Below are positions 12,463-24,238 of a DNA stretch of 41,054 nt, one piece after another. The stretch lies in contig KZ538906.1 of the NCBI GenBank assembly GCA_000934665.2, forward strand, positions 1 through 41,054. The letters are read 5' to 3'. Positions within the stretch are counted from its first letter, which is position 1. Each line of letters starts with the position of its first letter. The translations under genes were made by a program, and so were the position numbers. The DNA is from Catajapyx aquilonaris. Lineage: Eukaryota. Below the pieces are notes generated by a model, which saw only the letters and a program-made list of their open reading frames with translations, was not told where the DNA came from and did no database searches.

Positions 12463-12549
12463 TGGTTTTATACCCTCATGGGTATGGGTTTTATACCCAT
12501 ACCTTTTTTTGGGTTTTATACCTATGCCTACTACGGGTTTTATACCCGT
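12463..12549. repeat. Four spaced copies of GGTTTTATACC
   Basis: Copies at about 12464, 12487, 12512 and 12536; one sits in the hairpin ggtatgggt-ttt-atacccatacc. Confidence 0.7.
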
Positions 12550-12689
12550 CAAGGCGTCAATCCGTGCACACCATGCCGCCCGGCGCCCACGTGATGCCAT
12601 GCCGCCTCACGCGCTCACGGATGACGGCTCACGCCAAACAACCACAGCCATGGATTTTTCTTATAAGTCTTAGGAGCAACGAGTAACAT

Positions 12690-12825
12690 GTGCAAGCGGA
12701 CGCCTACCACGCATGCGCTTCAAATGTTTTCCAGTTGCCATTGGAGACTTTGCTTTTTAACTGCTTCCTAATTGGTCTATTTTTAAATCCCCCTCTATCC
12801 GACTGACCGAAAGATGGCGCTAATT
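12690..12825 (+). promoter_or_regulatory. Candidate promoter (possibly of the CIP2A-like gene)
   Basis: CpG-richer patch with GCATGCGC (NRF1-like), two ATTGG (reverse CCAAT) and AAGATGGCG (YY1-like). The first coding exon has an acceptor at 15788, so an upstream UTR exon is needed. Inference only. Confidence 0.25.
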
Positions 12826-13438
12826 ATGATACAATTTAATATGACAATTTGGTCACGCATTTATCACTATTGTATTTTCATTCCAATTTTATCAATTTCC
12901 ACATTAAAAATATAAATAACCAATTTGTAATATGCAGTTAATAAGCAGCGTGGTGCTCACCTGTACTATATACTTGATCTCTGACTGTGCCCGATGTTCC
13001 ATTCAAACTTTCTGAAACGGTCATCGGTCATGGTGTCAGCAAGTTCCCCCTGAAGACGCTGTAAAAAGCTACTGCCACTCGTGATATCTATTTCCAGTGA
13101 TATTTGGGTTAGGTGTGATCAGGTGCCTGCGCAAGTCCGCTCTGATGATAATTTTCCTACTTCAAAAGATATCACTCTAGTGGTAAGCGCTTTTAGTCAT
13201 CTTAGATTAAACCTGGGGTCACAATAGAGGAGTTGCCTGTGAATTTGGGTGTTGTGATACGCAAATCAAAGCGGCTGACTGGGGGATACTATCGTGAAGG
13301 AATAGACAATGACACACGTATAAACTCAGCTTCACTGTTCTGCTTAATGGTCAAGAACGAGGGCACTCAAATGAACACTTCCAGGACTTATTTTGCAGTG
13401 ATCCATGTTAGTTTAAGTGTAAGTTATTCGTAACAATA

Positions 13439-13674
13439 CAAGGGGTTGCCAGTATCAGTCATTTTTAGCCATGAATAATATTACTTGATTTTTTGTGTAG
13501 CCTATCTGGTTGCACCTCTATCCAGGTACCCAATATTGTTCCTAAGTGGTCAGAAATAGCAGTTGCTATAATTATAATAGGGCACCTGGATTGGAGTGCA
13601 ACACGCTACACAAAACAACAACTTCGAGTAAAATATCCTATCGCTGAAGGGACCCGAATACTTGGAACACCCTG
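13439..13674. mobile_element. Degenerate Tc1/mariner-type MITE
   Basis: TA|CAAGGGGTTGCCAGTAT ... ATACTTGGAACACCCTG|TA; internal palindrome; related pieces at ~15150-15249 and ~30177-30410. Confidence 0.6.
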
Positions 13675-14104
13675 TATATGTAAAAGTGAACTAGGTTTTT
13701 GTGTCGTTTTAGTTGTTGGCCGTACTCCCTGACAGAAAAAGAACCCAGAAGGGGCAACACACCCAATTAATAAAAACCCCTCCTGAAAATAATTCATATT
13801 GCTTATATGCCACATCTCTAACCTTTACTACTTGTGATTTGGTGGGTGGGGGAAAACTCAGTGCCCAGGAACAACTCAAGACAGACTGAACACTCAGCCT
13901 TCTCAACAATGGCAACTGTTTATGTTGAGTTTAGTATACATTTCTAAGGCCAGTGAGGCCTAATACCTGGGATCCTACCTCATTACTAGGTTGGTCCCTC
14001 AACATTTCTCCTCTCTTCTTTCCCCCNNNNNNNNNNNNNNNNNCCCCCCCGCCCCCCACGTTTTTGACTTGTTTCGGGCCAAGGAACTGCCATTGGACCT
14101 ACTA

Positions 14105-15124
14105 CAGTGAAACCTGTGTGTTGCGGAATCGCACGGGACCCTCAAATTTTTCCATAATGGGCAGGTTTCCGCTATATTCAGATCAAGGACGTTACTGAGA
14201 TTTTTTGCCGGTGAGAAAGGGAGGAATTTGGGGAGATCAAAAATAAGCACCTTACTTCAATATGGTTCAAATTCAGTCCATATGATACATAAAGTACTTA
14301 CAGTTAGACCCTTAAGCATTGCTGTGAGGCATTTTTGTGGAATGGCCTGGTGTGTACCCCACCTAAAAAGGGGGCAGTTTCCTTGCAGTTGGAAATGTCC
14401 TCCTTGGAATAGCCCGAACAAACGCTCCCCACCATCTCCTTCCAATTTTCTACTTAGCTTTGAGATTCACGACACTTGCATCACCACACAGTTTCCCACG
14501 AAATTCTGATCCTGTTGCAAAAACTTTCCCGCTACCCATTTGAAGCACTAAATTTTGCCACACCCAAGTTTTTGGGCTATTAATATTGCCTGCTCTATTA
14601 GGCCATCAGCCGGACATGGCCAATATGTTGAGCCTGTGTCAACTCCTTCCTCTTCTCCAACCTTTTAAAACTGGACTGAATGGTGAACTAAACTTGAAGG
14701 CAGGGCACCTACGAATCACGAGTCATGATCTTTTTGGGCCTCTCGCTAGCCCTCTCCGTATTCCAGTCAAAAATAGTCTCCTTTTCCTCACCAATACTTC
14801 TGTTTTCAAGGCCACAAGCCGGAAGCAATTCCAGCAATTAGGAGACAGTATGGTGTCTGACGGTCCCAAAAGGGTTACTCCTAGGAGGGCCGAGAGTGAA
14901 CCCAACTGTAGTTTGTATTTTTGGGACTCGCAGGAGATTTCTGTTATGAACAGAGATTTTCTCTGAAGGGAGCCAAAAATCCTGACCGTTTCCGCATTGG
15001 GCAGGTTCCGTAATATCCGTCTGAAAATGCATTGCAGGCCCTATGCATACGCCCGTTGCCAGAAAAAATCTGCAATTGATAGGTTTCCGCTATACCCAGG
15101 GTCTGTAATGGTCAGGTTTCACTG
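14105..15124. mobile_element. pogo/Tigger-like non-autonomous element
   Basis: TA|CAGTGAAACCTG ... CAGGTTTCACTG|TA; recurring aggtttccgctata subterminal motif. Confidence 0.75.
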
Positions 15125-15252
15125 TAGTATGAAGCACTCTGAATAACATGGGACCTGGATTGGAGTGCAACAAGCTACAAAAAAAATAACAGCGGAGCAA
15201 AATTATGTCTTGTAACTGAAGGGATCTGGCATGCTTGGAGCAGCCTGTATTA

Positions 15253-15572
15253 CAGTGGAGCATCGATTATCTGAACAGAGTCTGCCCAGGGGGTGTTCGG
15301 ATAACTGATTGTTCGGATAACCGATCATTTACGGGGAAAAATTGTACCTGTGTCATAGGAGCAATATGAAACTAAGAAACAATGATATTAACCACAAAAC
15401 TGTATATTTTCTGTCACAGGCACGTCTTTAAAATACTGTGCATATACCTTACTGTCCTTACATGAAGTACTTCTACAGTTTAGGGGGAAAAAAGGCCAAT
15501 TTTTGCCGACCCGAAAACGTTCGGTAACCGATGGTTCGGTTGATCGGTGTTCGGATAATCGATGCTCCACTG
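15253..15572. mobile_element. pogo/Tigger-like MITE
   Basis: TA|CAGTGGAGCATCGATTATCTGAAC ... GTTCGGATAATCGATGCTCCACTG|TA; repeated gttcggataa motifs. Confidence 0.88.
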
Positions 15573-15795
15573 TATTTAATTCAATGGCCCAATATTAGCA
15601 GATAATACTTTTGATCACTGCTTAAAATAAGTAGATCAGTGTCTAAAAATTGCTAACAAAGAAAGACATTTCGAATGTAAACCCCCAATTTTTTAAGCTT
15701 CTCGCTAATATTTATTTCCATCATCAATCGATTTTGGATTATTATAATCTCTCAAGAGTTACTGCTGAATTTAACTTTGTCCATGCAGGTACAAA

Positions 15796-15897
15796 ATGGC
15801 TTCTGAGCACCTGATGAAGGCCTACATTTCAACTTGCCGACGATATGCAAGGTTTGAGCCAACGACAAAGGAGAAAATGTTCAGCGGATTACTTGAG
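15796..15897 (+). CDS. CIP2A: CIP2A-like protein, coding exon 1
   Basis: aaaATGG start; 34 codons MASEHLMKAY...SGLLE align with the CIP2A N-terminus as recalled (MDSTACLKSL...LRHLE); donor GAG|GTATGC, phase 0. Confidence 0.8.
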
Positions 15898-16490
15898 GTA
15901 TGCAATTGCATGCTTCCACATGGGAGACAGTTGTCCTTGTTGTGGTCCATCTTATACAAGGAGCGTACAAATATGAACAGCAATTTGCTAATTATTACAG
16001 AAGCAAAAAGATAAACTGACCTATGTTGGTCATATCATCATTCAACCGAGTCCCTCTGCTTTGCAATTCCTGTGCGCCACAGCGATGCACACTCGGTTGT
16101 GTTCTTATATTGACCCATCTATAAAAGGTTGTACACATTCCGGAGCATCACCTGATGGGTACAGCTTCCGCATATGCATTGTTGTTTGTGCGAGAAATTT
16201 AAATTGCTGTTCATATTTGAACGCTCCTAGTATAAGATATTAATATGATGATAATAATTCCAATATAACATAAAGAGTGCAATGACAACAATATACAGTA
16301 CTTCCATGGTATAGCCTACTCCTGTACATGTATAAATATCTATTATATGCTACAGTTATGTTCTTCATTTACCCCTATTTTTAAATGCATTAAGTCAAGA
16401 TGAGACCTGTCAATTAACTCTTGGTCTCAAAATTTACAATAGTGGGTGTGTGACATGTGTCCTATCGAGTTCTTGGAACCTGGGTTTAGG

Positions 16491-16925
16491 CAGGGAGCAT
16501 ATACTACATAAGAGGCGCAAACATTCTATTTTTGCGTCTCTCTGTTTATAGGCGTTGCCAAGGCTGGCGGCCATTTTGAAGTGTGTGGTGTGCCAACGAG
16601 GTATAAATAGGGTACAGGCAGGCCGTCAAGGTCCGCGGGGGTCCGCCATCTTTGATGGTTTTGGCTGCCATGGCAATAACAATTTACTTACCCATTCCAA
16701 TATCGAATTCAAATTCGCGCGTGTTCTTGCCGTGTAGTTGCCATGGCCGCCAAAATCATCAAAGATGGCGGACCCTATTTTTGCCTGTACCCTATTCATA
16801 CCTCGTTGGCGTACCACACACTTCAAAATGGCAACGCCCTATAAACAGAGAGACGCAAACAGAGAGACGCGAACATCAAAGACGCCGACAGAAGTTTGTG
16901 CCTCTTATGTAGTATATGCTCCCTG
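16491..16925. mobile_element. Fold-back MITE (P-like or MULE-like)
   Basis: CAGGGAGCATATACTACATAAGAGGC.. / ..GCCTCTTATGTAGTATATGCTCCCTG, largely palindromic. TSD reads as 7-bp GTTTAGG or 9-bp GGTTTAGGC depending on the terminus chosen. Confidence 0.85.
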
Positions 16926-16939
16926 GTTTAGGCATGTGT

Positions 16940-17285
16940 GAATATATTTTTATTTTTATTTTTACCTCATTCGTCGCTCTTTAGGAGGATGGAATACCAC
17001 AATTTTTTCATTTCTATTTTCTGAAATTTTTCTTCTAACACTGTAGAGGAGAAAGGGAAATGGGGAGGGGAATGGGGATTTGTTGAGGAGGGGACACAGG
17101 TGCAAGTGCAATGTCTCAAACTGGGCCATGTGCAGTCCCCCAGGAGGTTAGCTTGCCAGACACCTAGGCACAGGTCAGAGACCCTCCCGACGCAGGTAAA
17201 AGGGAACTCCCAGACGGGGATAGAATCTGGGACCTTTCGCTCAGCAAGCCGAGACGTTACCATATCGGCCACCACACATCCCCAG
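16940..17285 (-). mobile_element. tRNA-derived SINE, family C
   Basis: Head gtggccgatatggtaacgtc...ggtcccagattctatcccc; shares gggactgcaca..gacattgcacttgcacc with the 1140-1557 copy; A-rich tail. Confidence 0.65.
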
Positions 17286-17466
17286 GCATGTGCCAATATA
17301 TAACGTTCTCTTGGTAGGATTTTAAAATTGCGCATTCAAACAATGTGTGGAACAGTCTCCTCTATATTTGTATCCACACCACAAGTTGATTTTTTTGGCA
17401 TTTATCCTGATATGTGGTTAGCCTTATGTAATGGTACACACCTGTGCAGTAGTAAGTGTTAGAGAG

Positions 17467-18062
17467 GGGTGTGGGTCATTTCACCGACACCCACCCGGCC
17501 GATAGGCCATTTCACCGACATACCCATTCCACCGACAAGCCATTTCACCGACAAGGAGGTTCCCCGATAGGGCGTTTCACCGACAGTCATTTGATCGACA
17601 AATTTACCCACACAATTCCCATATGAAAACCATCCAATCACTGGAGAGACGGGGTCCAGATCACACTTCATTTTTGCAGCGCCCCTTATGGAAGGAACCA
17701 CCTGACAGATGTCTCCCATTTCTATAAAATATAAATGGAATATACAGTTCATTTCCAATTACATTGCATGGATGAAATACCTGTAGTCAGACACCCGGAC
17801 AACAACTGCTTACTGGGGAAGCTGTAGGTGACGACCTGATTCGCTAAAAGATATTCTCGTGGGAAACGTGAAAATGAGGTGTGATCTGGACCCCGTCTCT
17901 CCAGTGACTGGATGGTTTTCATATCAGAATTGTGTGGGTAAATTTGTCGATCAAATGACTGTCGGTGAAACGCCCTGTCGGGGAACCTCCTTGTCGGTGA
18001 AATGGGTATGTCGGTGAAATGGCCTGTCGGCCAGGTGGGTGTGGGTGAAATGACCCGCTCCG
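17467..18062. mobile_element. MULE-like fold-back MITE
   Basis: ~200-bp inverted arms with tandem ttcaccgaca motifs; perfect 9-bp TSD GTTAGAGAG (17458-17466, 18063-18071). Confidence 0.85.
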
Positions 18063-18361
18063 GTTAGAGAGACAGTGAGGAGGGAAGAGGAGCAGTCCAG
18101 GGGTGTAGGGGTTCGCCTTGGCCCTTGTTGCTTTGTAAGCAATAATATGCATGAAGTTTTTTTTCATCCTCTGGACCAATGCTTTGCAACTAGGCCTTTC
18201 CCACCAAAATTTTATCCCATGTGAGGAAAAGACAAAAGTTGTGAAGGAAGCTGCTGTGATTTAAGAAATATCTTGCAACCAATGAAGCCAAACTGCTGTA
18301 AATATGACACTTGATGCATAATTTATTGCATTATGTATACAACAGTATCTTTGATATACAA

Positions 18362-18621
18362 CTAGCAGGTTACCTGGCATTGCCCAGGTATGTTGGGGTG
18401 CTGGTAAAGGTAGGGGGTTATTTGATATTTATGTAAGTTAATTGTTGAGGCCCTAGAAGTGAGAAGATTCGGGAATATGCGTATTGTGGGAGTTAGGTCC
18501 ATTTTCGGAAGCTGAAACATGCGGCGTAAGATTCCTTGAAAAATGTAACCCCCGATATGCTAATTAAAGGCGGTGTAGGGGCCTTCCCCCGGAAACAAAC
18601 AAACTCATTTATAGATATAGA
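18362..18621 (-). mobile_element. Non-autonomous Helitron (short copy)
   Basis: Minus strand reads A|TCTATATCTATAAA ... cctgggcaatgccagg hairpin ... CTAG|T; no TSD; same ends as 20698-21780. Confidence 0.85.
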
Positions 18622-18626
18622 TTATA

Positions 18627-18997
18627 CAGGGTATATGTTACTAGTCCAGCATGCTGCATTCAGCGTATTGCGTGGCCCAAACCATGTCTAAAATGTAGGG
18701 AGGATCAATGTCAAGGGACCAACCGTTAACGAGGTAGATGACCAGAAACATTGGCCAGTAGTATCCTAGGGAGCAGGATATGAGTGTGATAATAATCGCA
18801 CTGTTGAGATTTGTGAGATCACCTCTTTTACAGTGTAAATGATTATCACCGCTCATATCCTGCTCCGTAGGCAACCACCGACCAGTGTTTCTGGTCATCT
18901 ACCTCATTAACTGTTGGTCCCTTGACATTTCTCCCTCCTACATTTTCGACTTGTTTAGGCCCAAAGAATACCCTGATGTCCATTGGGCATACTACAG
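18627..18997. mobile_element. Palindromic Tc1/mariner-type MITE (same family as 31952-32355), right end damaged
   Basis: TA|CAGGGT..TTACTAGT start; central ggagcaggatatgag / ctcatatcctgctcc inverted pair. Confidence 0.7.
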
Positions 18998-19086
18998 GGT
19001 GGACAGAAAGTTTCGGACACCCCCCCCCCCCCCCNTGGGGTTCTAATGTGTCTCCTTGAGGCAGATGTTCTGAATATGGAAATGTA

Positions 19087-19385
19087 CCGAAGCAGTAGTG
19101 GTGGTGGAGCGGATATGGTGTCCGACTGCTAATCGGGAGGTCCTGGGATCAAATCCCGGGGCCGGCAACTCTGACCGTGGTTTTCTGTGGTTTCCCACGG
19201 TCCTTCCGGAGTTGCTTCCGTCATTAATAGGCCACAGCCGCTTCCTTCCATCCCTATCCTATCCCAAAGAGCACAGTAAAATGAAAACCACAGAGTTTCA
19301 ATCAAAACAAACTTCCCCTCTAAAGAGCCGAAAAAGGCTGATAACGGGGTATGAATTATTAATGAATTATTAAAAATTATTATTA
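19087..19385 (+). mobile_element. tRNA-derived SINE, family A
   Basis: Head ccgaagcagtagtggtggtggagcgg...gactgctaatcgggaggtcctgggatcaaatccc; tail gagccg..ggctgataacggggtatgaattatt. Confidence 0.85.
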
Positions 19386-20697
19386 AAAATATGGAAATGT
19401 GTCGTGTTGATTAATTTACCAGGATAGAACTGTCTGCTGGGCAATTCCACGTGAACGTGATCACCTTTTGCACGAAAAAATTTGCCCGTCGATGAGTGTG
19501 AGATATGTTTAGGTCCAGGTCACGTTAGGACCTTTCCCATAAGGATTTGGTCCGCCGATGCATGGTTGCCTATCTACAGGCGCTAATTGCACTTGGATCA
19601 CAGTTAGAGGCGCCCCCCTATTACATTTACATGCCAATGTAAATACATGTTGTAATACGTGTTTCATGTGTGAAATTTTCTCCTCTTTCCAACAAAAATA
19701 GTCACTTTCCGATAGCTGTGCAAATTCATGTCAAAATGCGACATTTTTGCAAACAAATGACATTTTCAAAAAAGTGCCAAAGTCAATTGTCATCACATTG
19801 ATATCAAAATACACCTCAGTGTCCTCTACCAGTGATACAAACGGAATTTTGGAATACGAAATGGTTACGGAGCTATAGGTACTGACGTGGAGCGCTGCGC
19901 TAGTGGCCACGCCCCCAGAATGAAAAGGAGCAGTCCACCTAGGTCCGTCTTCATGTCTCAGGTAGTGTACGCTTGTCCTTTGTGTTTAATTCACTTAAGA
20001 AAATAGTTTTTTGCAGATGCACATGGGTTCAAAATAACCTAAAATTCGAAATCAGCTACCCCGAAAACATGGGGAGACATGTTTTTTTACGTGCTTAAAC
20101 AGATTACTTGAGGAGCTATCAATTTCGATCGCGTTTTTTCTGATAACATTGACATTTTAAAAAACCACGTGAAAAAGGGGGGGGGGGAGGGGGGGGGTTC
20201 CAATGGATACCACGGTCGGTCACTGGGGGGGAGGGGAGGAGGGGGTCAAAAAGTGCCCGAAAATCGGTCACGTGGTATATGGACGACCCTTAATGGGATG
20301 TAACTTTTCTGTACCTGCCTCTACCTATACACTCACAAGGAAGTGTGCTTTGCACTACAGTTAAGTTTTAATATCTAGAATAGCGAAGTAGCATGGTTGT
20401 ACCGGTTACGGCCACTTTTAGAGAAATTCTGACTTTGAAAACAGTCTGACACCATAACACTTCCAATTCATGGTTAAAATAACATCAGATTATTGTTGAT
20501 TGTAATCAGTATTCTACTAATTTATCATGGCTAGCTAGAGAGGGTTTGCTGTATTTTTTGTCAAATTGTGATTTGTCATTTGTGGCCACAAGTGGTGCAT
20601 AGGGTGCTCTAGTTCTGGCCACCAAAGGTGGCCACAAATAAATGGAGCATTGGTAATATTTCAGTACTGGTTGTGGCCACATGATCTATCATTACAA

Positions 20698-21780
20698 CTA
20701 GCAGGTTACCCGGCGTTGCCCGGGTATGTTGGGGTGCTGGTAAAGTTAGGGGTACATATCTGTGATAGATTACCTGCTTGTCTTATAGTCGATACAGTCG
20801 ATACAGTCGACACAGATATTCTGATTGGATGTGTAAAAGGAGGAATGCGGATGGAGTAGGCCCAGGAAAAGACTGCACAGCCATGTGTTTTTTCCCCTGC
20901 ATTTTTGACCCCTTTACCCCCCCCCCCCCAACCCCACTTCACACCCCCACCTCGTTCCATATGTTTGCTCTGAAGAACTTTAGAAATGTACGTACAGATG
21001 TATGATGGGAAATTATGTTTTCAACACTGAGTAATATTTTGCAAATACTGTATTATTTAATTGTATTTACCTTGTCTGGAAGTCTAGTTTCAAATCCCAC
21101 AAAATCCCGGAATTACCGGTACCATAAGATACGAAGTCACGTGAGGTGGCCAATTAGCGTAATTGGTGGATGCTCTGAATTTACGGAGATGGTTTAATTT
21201 GCTAGGTATTGTGGCATAAGGACATTTCCTAGGGGAGACAAAGTGGCGCTGCGGAAACGTCGGGTTCGATCCCAGCCCGGGGTTCCCTCCTTCATCCCGT
21301 GCAGAGTTGGGTCGTCTCTGTCTTCGTTTCGGGTGGAATCTCCTCAGACTAATCCACCCGGGGGAGTTCACAAAATATACCTTTTGAGAATTTTCCTTGC
21401 ACCTTGCACATCCCCTCCCAGTCACCCTGCCCGTGGGCCCGGGCGCTACGTCAAAAAGGTTCCATCAAGACAAAATAAAGGTTCCCTCCCTGCGGTACGA
21501 TGCAGGGAGGTAAATAGCTAAAAAAAGAGAGGCATTTTCATGGGAATGCAAATTGATTTATTGTTATTGATATAAGCTTATTGTTGAGGCAGGAATATGC
21601 GTGTTGTGGGAGTTAGGTACATTTTCGGAAGCTGAAACATGCGGCGTTAGATTCCTTGGAAAAAGTAGCCCCCGATATGCTAATTTAAGGCGGTGTAGGG
21701 GCCTTCCCCTGGATTTCTATAAGGGACAAACAAACTCTTAAACAAACTAACAATCAAGCTTCCTTATTTATAGATATAGA
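20698..21780 (-). mobile_element. Non-autonomous Helitron (long copy) with a nested SINE B
   Basis: A|TCTATATCTATAAA 5' end; 3' hairpin cccgggcaacgccggg then CTAG|T; SINE B at ~21231-21525 inside. Confidence 0.85.
21231..21525 (+). mobile_element. tRNA-derived SINE, family B variant
   Basis: ggggagacaaagtggcgc...gggttcgatccc...ccttcatcccgtgcagagtt...ccacccgggggagttcac. Confidence 0.8.
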
Positions 21781-21794
21781 TTATGTCTAATATA

Positions 21795-22721
21795 CGAGGA
21801 GTGATCAAAAAGTAAGGTCTCCAAGGCTGTAACCTTTATTCTGTATGAACACAAATGACGAAACTTACAGGGTACATGAGGACAATGGACATCTACTTTA
21901 CTACATAGTTTCCACACCGAAGAACGCACTTATCCCATCACCAGACCAGTTTCTCAATCCCTTCCGAATAGAAAGGGGTGCCCTGTTGACAGCACCAGTC
22001 ACGCAGCCTTCTTCACCTCATCGTCGCTTCGGAAATGCTGACCTGCCATGTCTGCTTTCAGGGCTCTGAATAAGTGATAGTCTGTGAGGGCTAGGTCGGG
22101 ACTACAGGGTGTGTGAGGAAGAACTTCCCAGTCGTATCCATTCAGCAAAGCCATGGTGTCCCTCGATGTGTCCGGACGGGCGTTGTCGTGGAGAAGGATG
22201 ACCCCAGATGTGAGCAATCCTGGAAGTTGCGACTATCAATTCGGAGCGCAGTGACACTGGCGAAGTTGCAGAAGGCCATCAGGTGGAAACGACCAGGATT
22301 GCTCACTGCTGGGGTCATCCTTCTCCACGACAACACCCATCCGGACACATCGAGGGACACCATGGCTTTGCTGAATGGATACGACTGGGAAGTTCTTCCT
22401 CACACACCCTGTAGTCCCGACCTAGCCCTCACAGACTATCACTTATTCAGAGCCCTGAAAGCAGACATGGCAGGTCAGCATTTCCGAAGCGACGATGAGG
22501 TGAAGAAGGCTGCGTGACTGGTGCTGTCAACAGGGCACCCCTTTCTATTCGGAAGGGATTGAGAAACTGGTCTGGCGATGGGATAAGTGCGTTCTTCGGT
22601 GTGGAAACTATGTAGTAAAGTAGATGTCCATTGTCCTCATGTACCCTGTAAGTTTCGTCATTTGTGTTCATACAGAATAAAGGTTACAGCCTTGGAGACC
22701 TTACTTTTTGATCACTCCTCG
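21795..22721. mobile_element. Fold-back mariner (DD34D) derivative made of two inverted 3' halves
   Basis: TA TSD; 429-bp arms (21795-22223, 22293-22721) with a 69-bp spacer. Each arm encodes LLHDN..PHTPCSPDLALTDYHLF (34 residues between the Asps) and ends in the CGAGGAGTGATCAAAAAGTAAG TIR. Confidence 0.95.
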
Positions 22722-22839
22722 TATTTAAGGCATTGCAACATAAGAATCTAACAGCCTAAAATGTCAAGATTTTAAAAATACAGGGCGAAGGGAAACGCGC
22801 GGATAATCGCCAGGTAGACTGATAGTACTCGTAAAACTA

Positions 22840-22844
<5 letters not shown>

Positions 22845-22894
<50 letters not shown>

Positions 22895-23168
22895 TCATAC
22901 CCCATTATCAGCCTGTCGGCTCTTTAGGGGGGAAGTTTTGTTTTGCCTGGAACTCTTTGCTTTCATTTTACTGCGCTTTTTGGGATAGGATAGGGACGGA
23001 AGGAAGCAGCTGTGGCCTATTAATTACGGAAACAACTCCGGAATTTTCCTGGAAGGACCGTGGGAAACCACAGAATACCACGGTCAGAGTTGCCGGCCCC
23101 GGGATTTGATCCCAGGACCTCCCGATTAGCAGTCGGACACCATATCCCCTACTCCAAACTGATTCGGT
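22845..23168 (-). mobile_element. tRNA-derived SINE, family A, with (ATT)n tail
   Basis: Reverse-complement match to 19087-19385. Confidence 0.85.
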
Positions 23169-23609
23169 TGTAAGACTAATATAGGATGTGCAATTAGTTT
23201 TGGGCTCTGTTGCGTAGTTAATGCGTACGGCGCCGTCAAAGTTTCGTGACGTCACATCCGTTCCGCCAGCTTCTAAGAAGCAAAAGTCAGTTCGAGAGCA
23301 TCCAGTCCCTGGCCTTGGTCCCCTAACACATTGTCCATGTGCAAAAGGCGATCAAATCCTGTCAGAGTAAGAATCTGGGTACGACACCCATGCACTTTGA
23401 CGTTTTGGCCTCATATTCCACCATCCGGCCCACTACACTTTGACGGCAAACTAATTGCACATCCCTATATTAGTTTTGCAGTACTATCAGTCTACCTGGT
23501 GATTACAGGCGAGTTTCCCTTCACCCTGTATGTATGGTTGAGCTGTTTGTGTACAAATTACCCAAATACCAGGCCAAGGCTAGGACCCCATTGAGTCACT
23601 ATTTCGTTA

Positions 23610-23847
23610 ATCGTGCAGAGTTCAGGGTCACCTCTGGCTTCGTCTCGGGTGGTATGTCCACAGACTAAACCACCCGGGGAGTTCACTAAAAATGGCCATG
23701 TTTAAGACATTGCACTGCACCTTGCACATCCCCTCCTGTCATCCTGCCCGTGGGCCCGGGCGTTACGTATAAAGGCTCCAATGTACACGACAAAAATAAA
23801 TAAAGGTCCGTGCTACATACCTCTGATGAGGTCAGCACTACCCCGGA

Positions 23848-23912
<65 letters not shown>
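23610..23912 (+). mobile_element. 5'-truncated SINE, family B, with long (ATT)n tail
   Basis: Near-identical to 7277-7525. Confidence 0.85.
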
Positions 23913-23913
<1 letters not shown>

Positions 23914-24238
23914 GTTAATTATTATTGTCATTATTTTGGTCAATATTTTATAACTATAATTTTTTTTCTCATTTCTTATTGACAATATGTTAAGAAAATG
24001 CAACAGGAACTGACATTGTGTTACAAACTTTTTCATGGATCTCAGGAGGATATAAGGCCTGTGTATTTGGATATAGGAAACCTTGGTTTTAGGACACTGA
24101 TTTCTGCTGTCCCTTGAAGTCTCTCATATCAGGAGTTGACTGTACTATAATGCCACCTTGTTGATAATGAATGTAGTTATGCTGCATTTGCACACCATTT
24201 TTGTGGCAATGTTGTACTCACTGAGTTCATTGTTTCAG

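Noticed and set aside
12463..12549. Spaced short repeats resembling a mini CRISPR array
   Set aside because: Repeats are only ~11 bp with ~12-bp spacers, the context is eukaryotic and there are no cas genes.
19087..19160. tRNA-Ser(GCT)-like sequence (gactgctaatc) and other tRNA-like heads
   Set aside because: No proper acceptor stem or variable arm; each continues into a repeated body and simple-repeat tail, so these are SINE heads, not tRNA genes.
21845..22671. Two identical 74-aa ORFs (MNTNDETY..) on opposite strands
   Set aside because: Antisense by-products of the fold-back mariner arms, not a gene pair.
23686..24036. Poly-Ile, poly-Asn and poly-Leu ORFs (also near 33362, 34380, 38011)
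   Set aside because: Translations of (ATT)n microsatellites.
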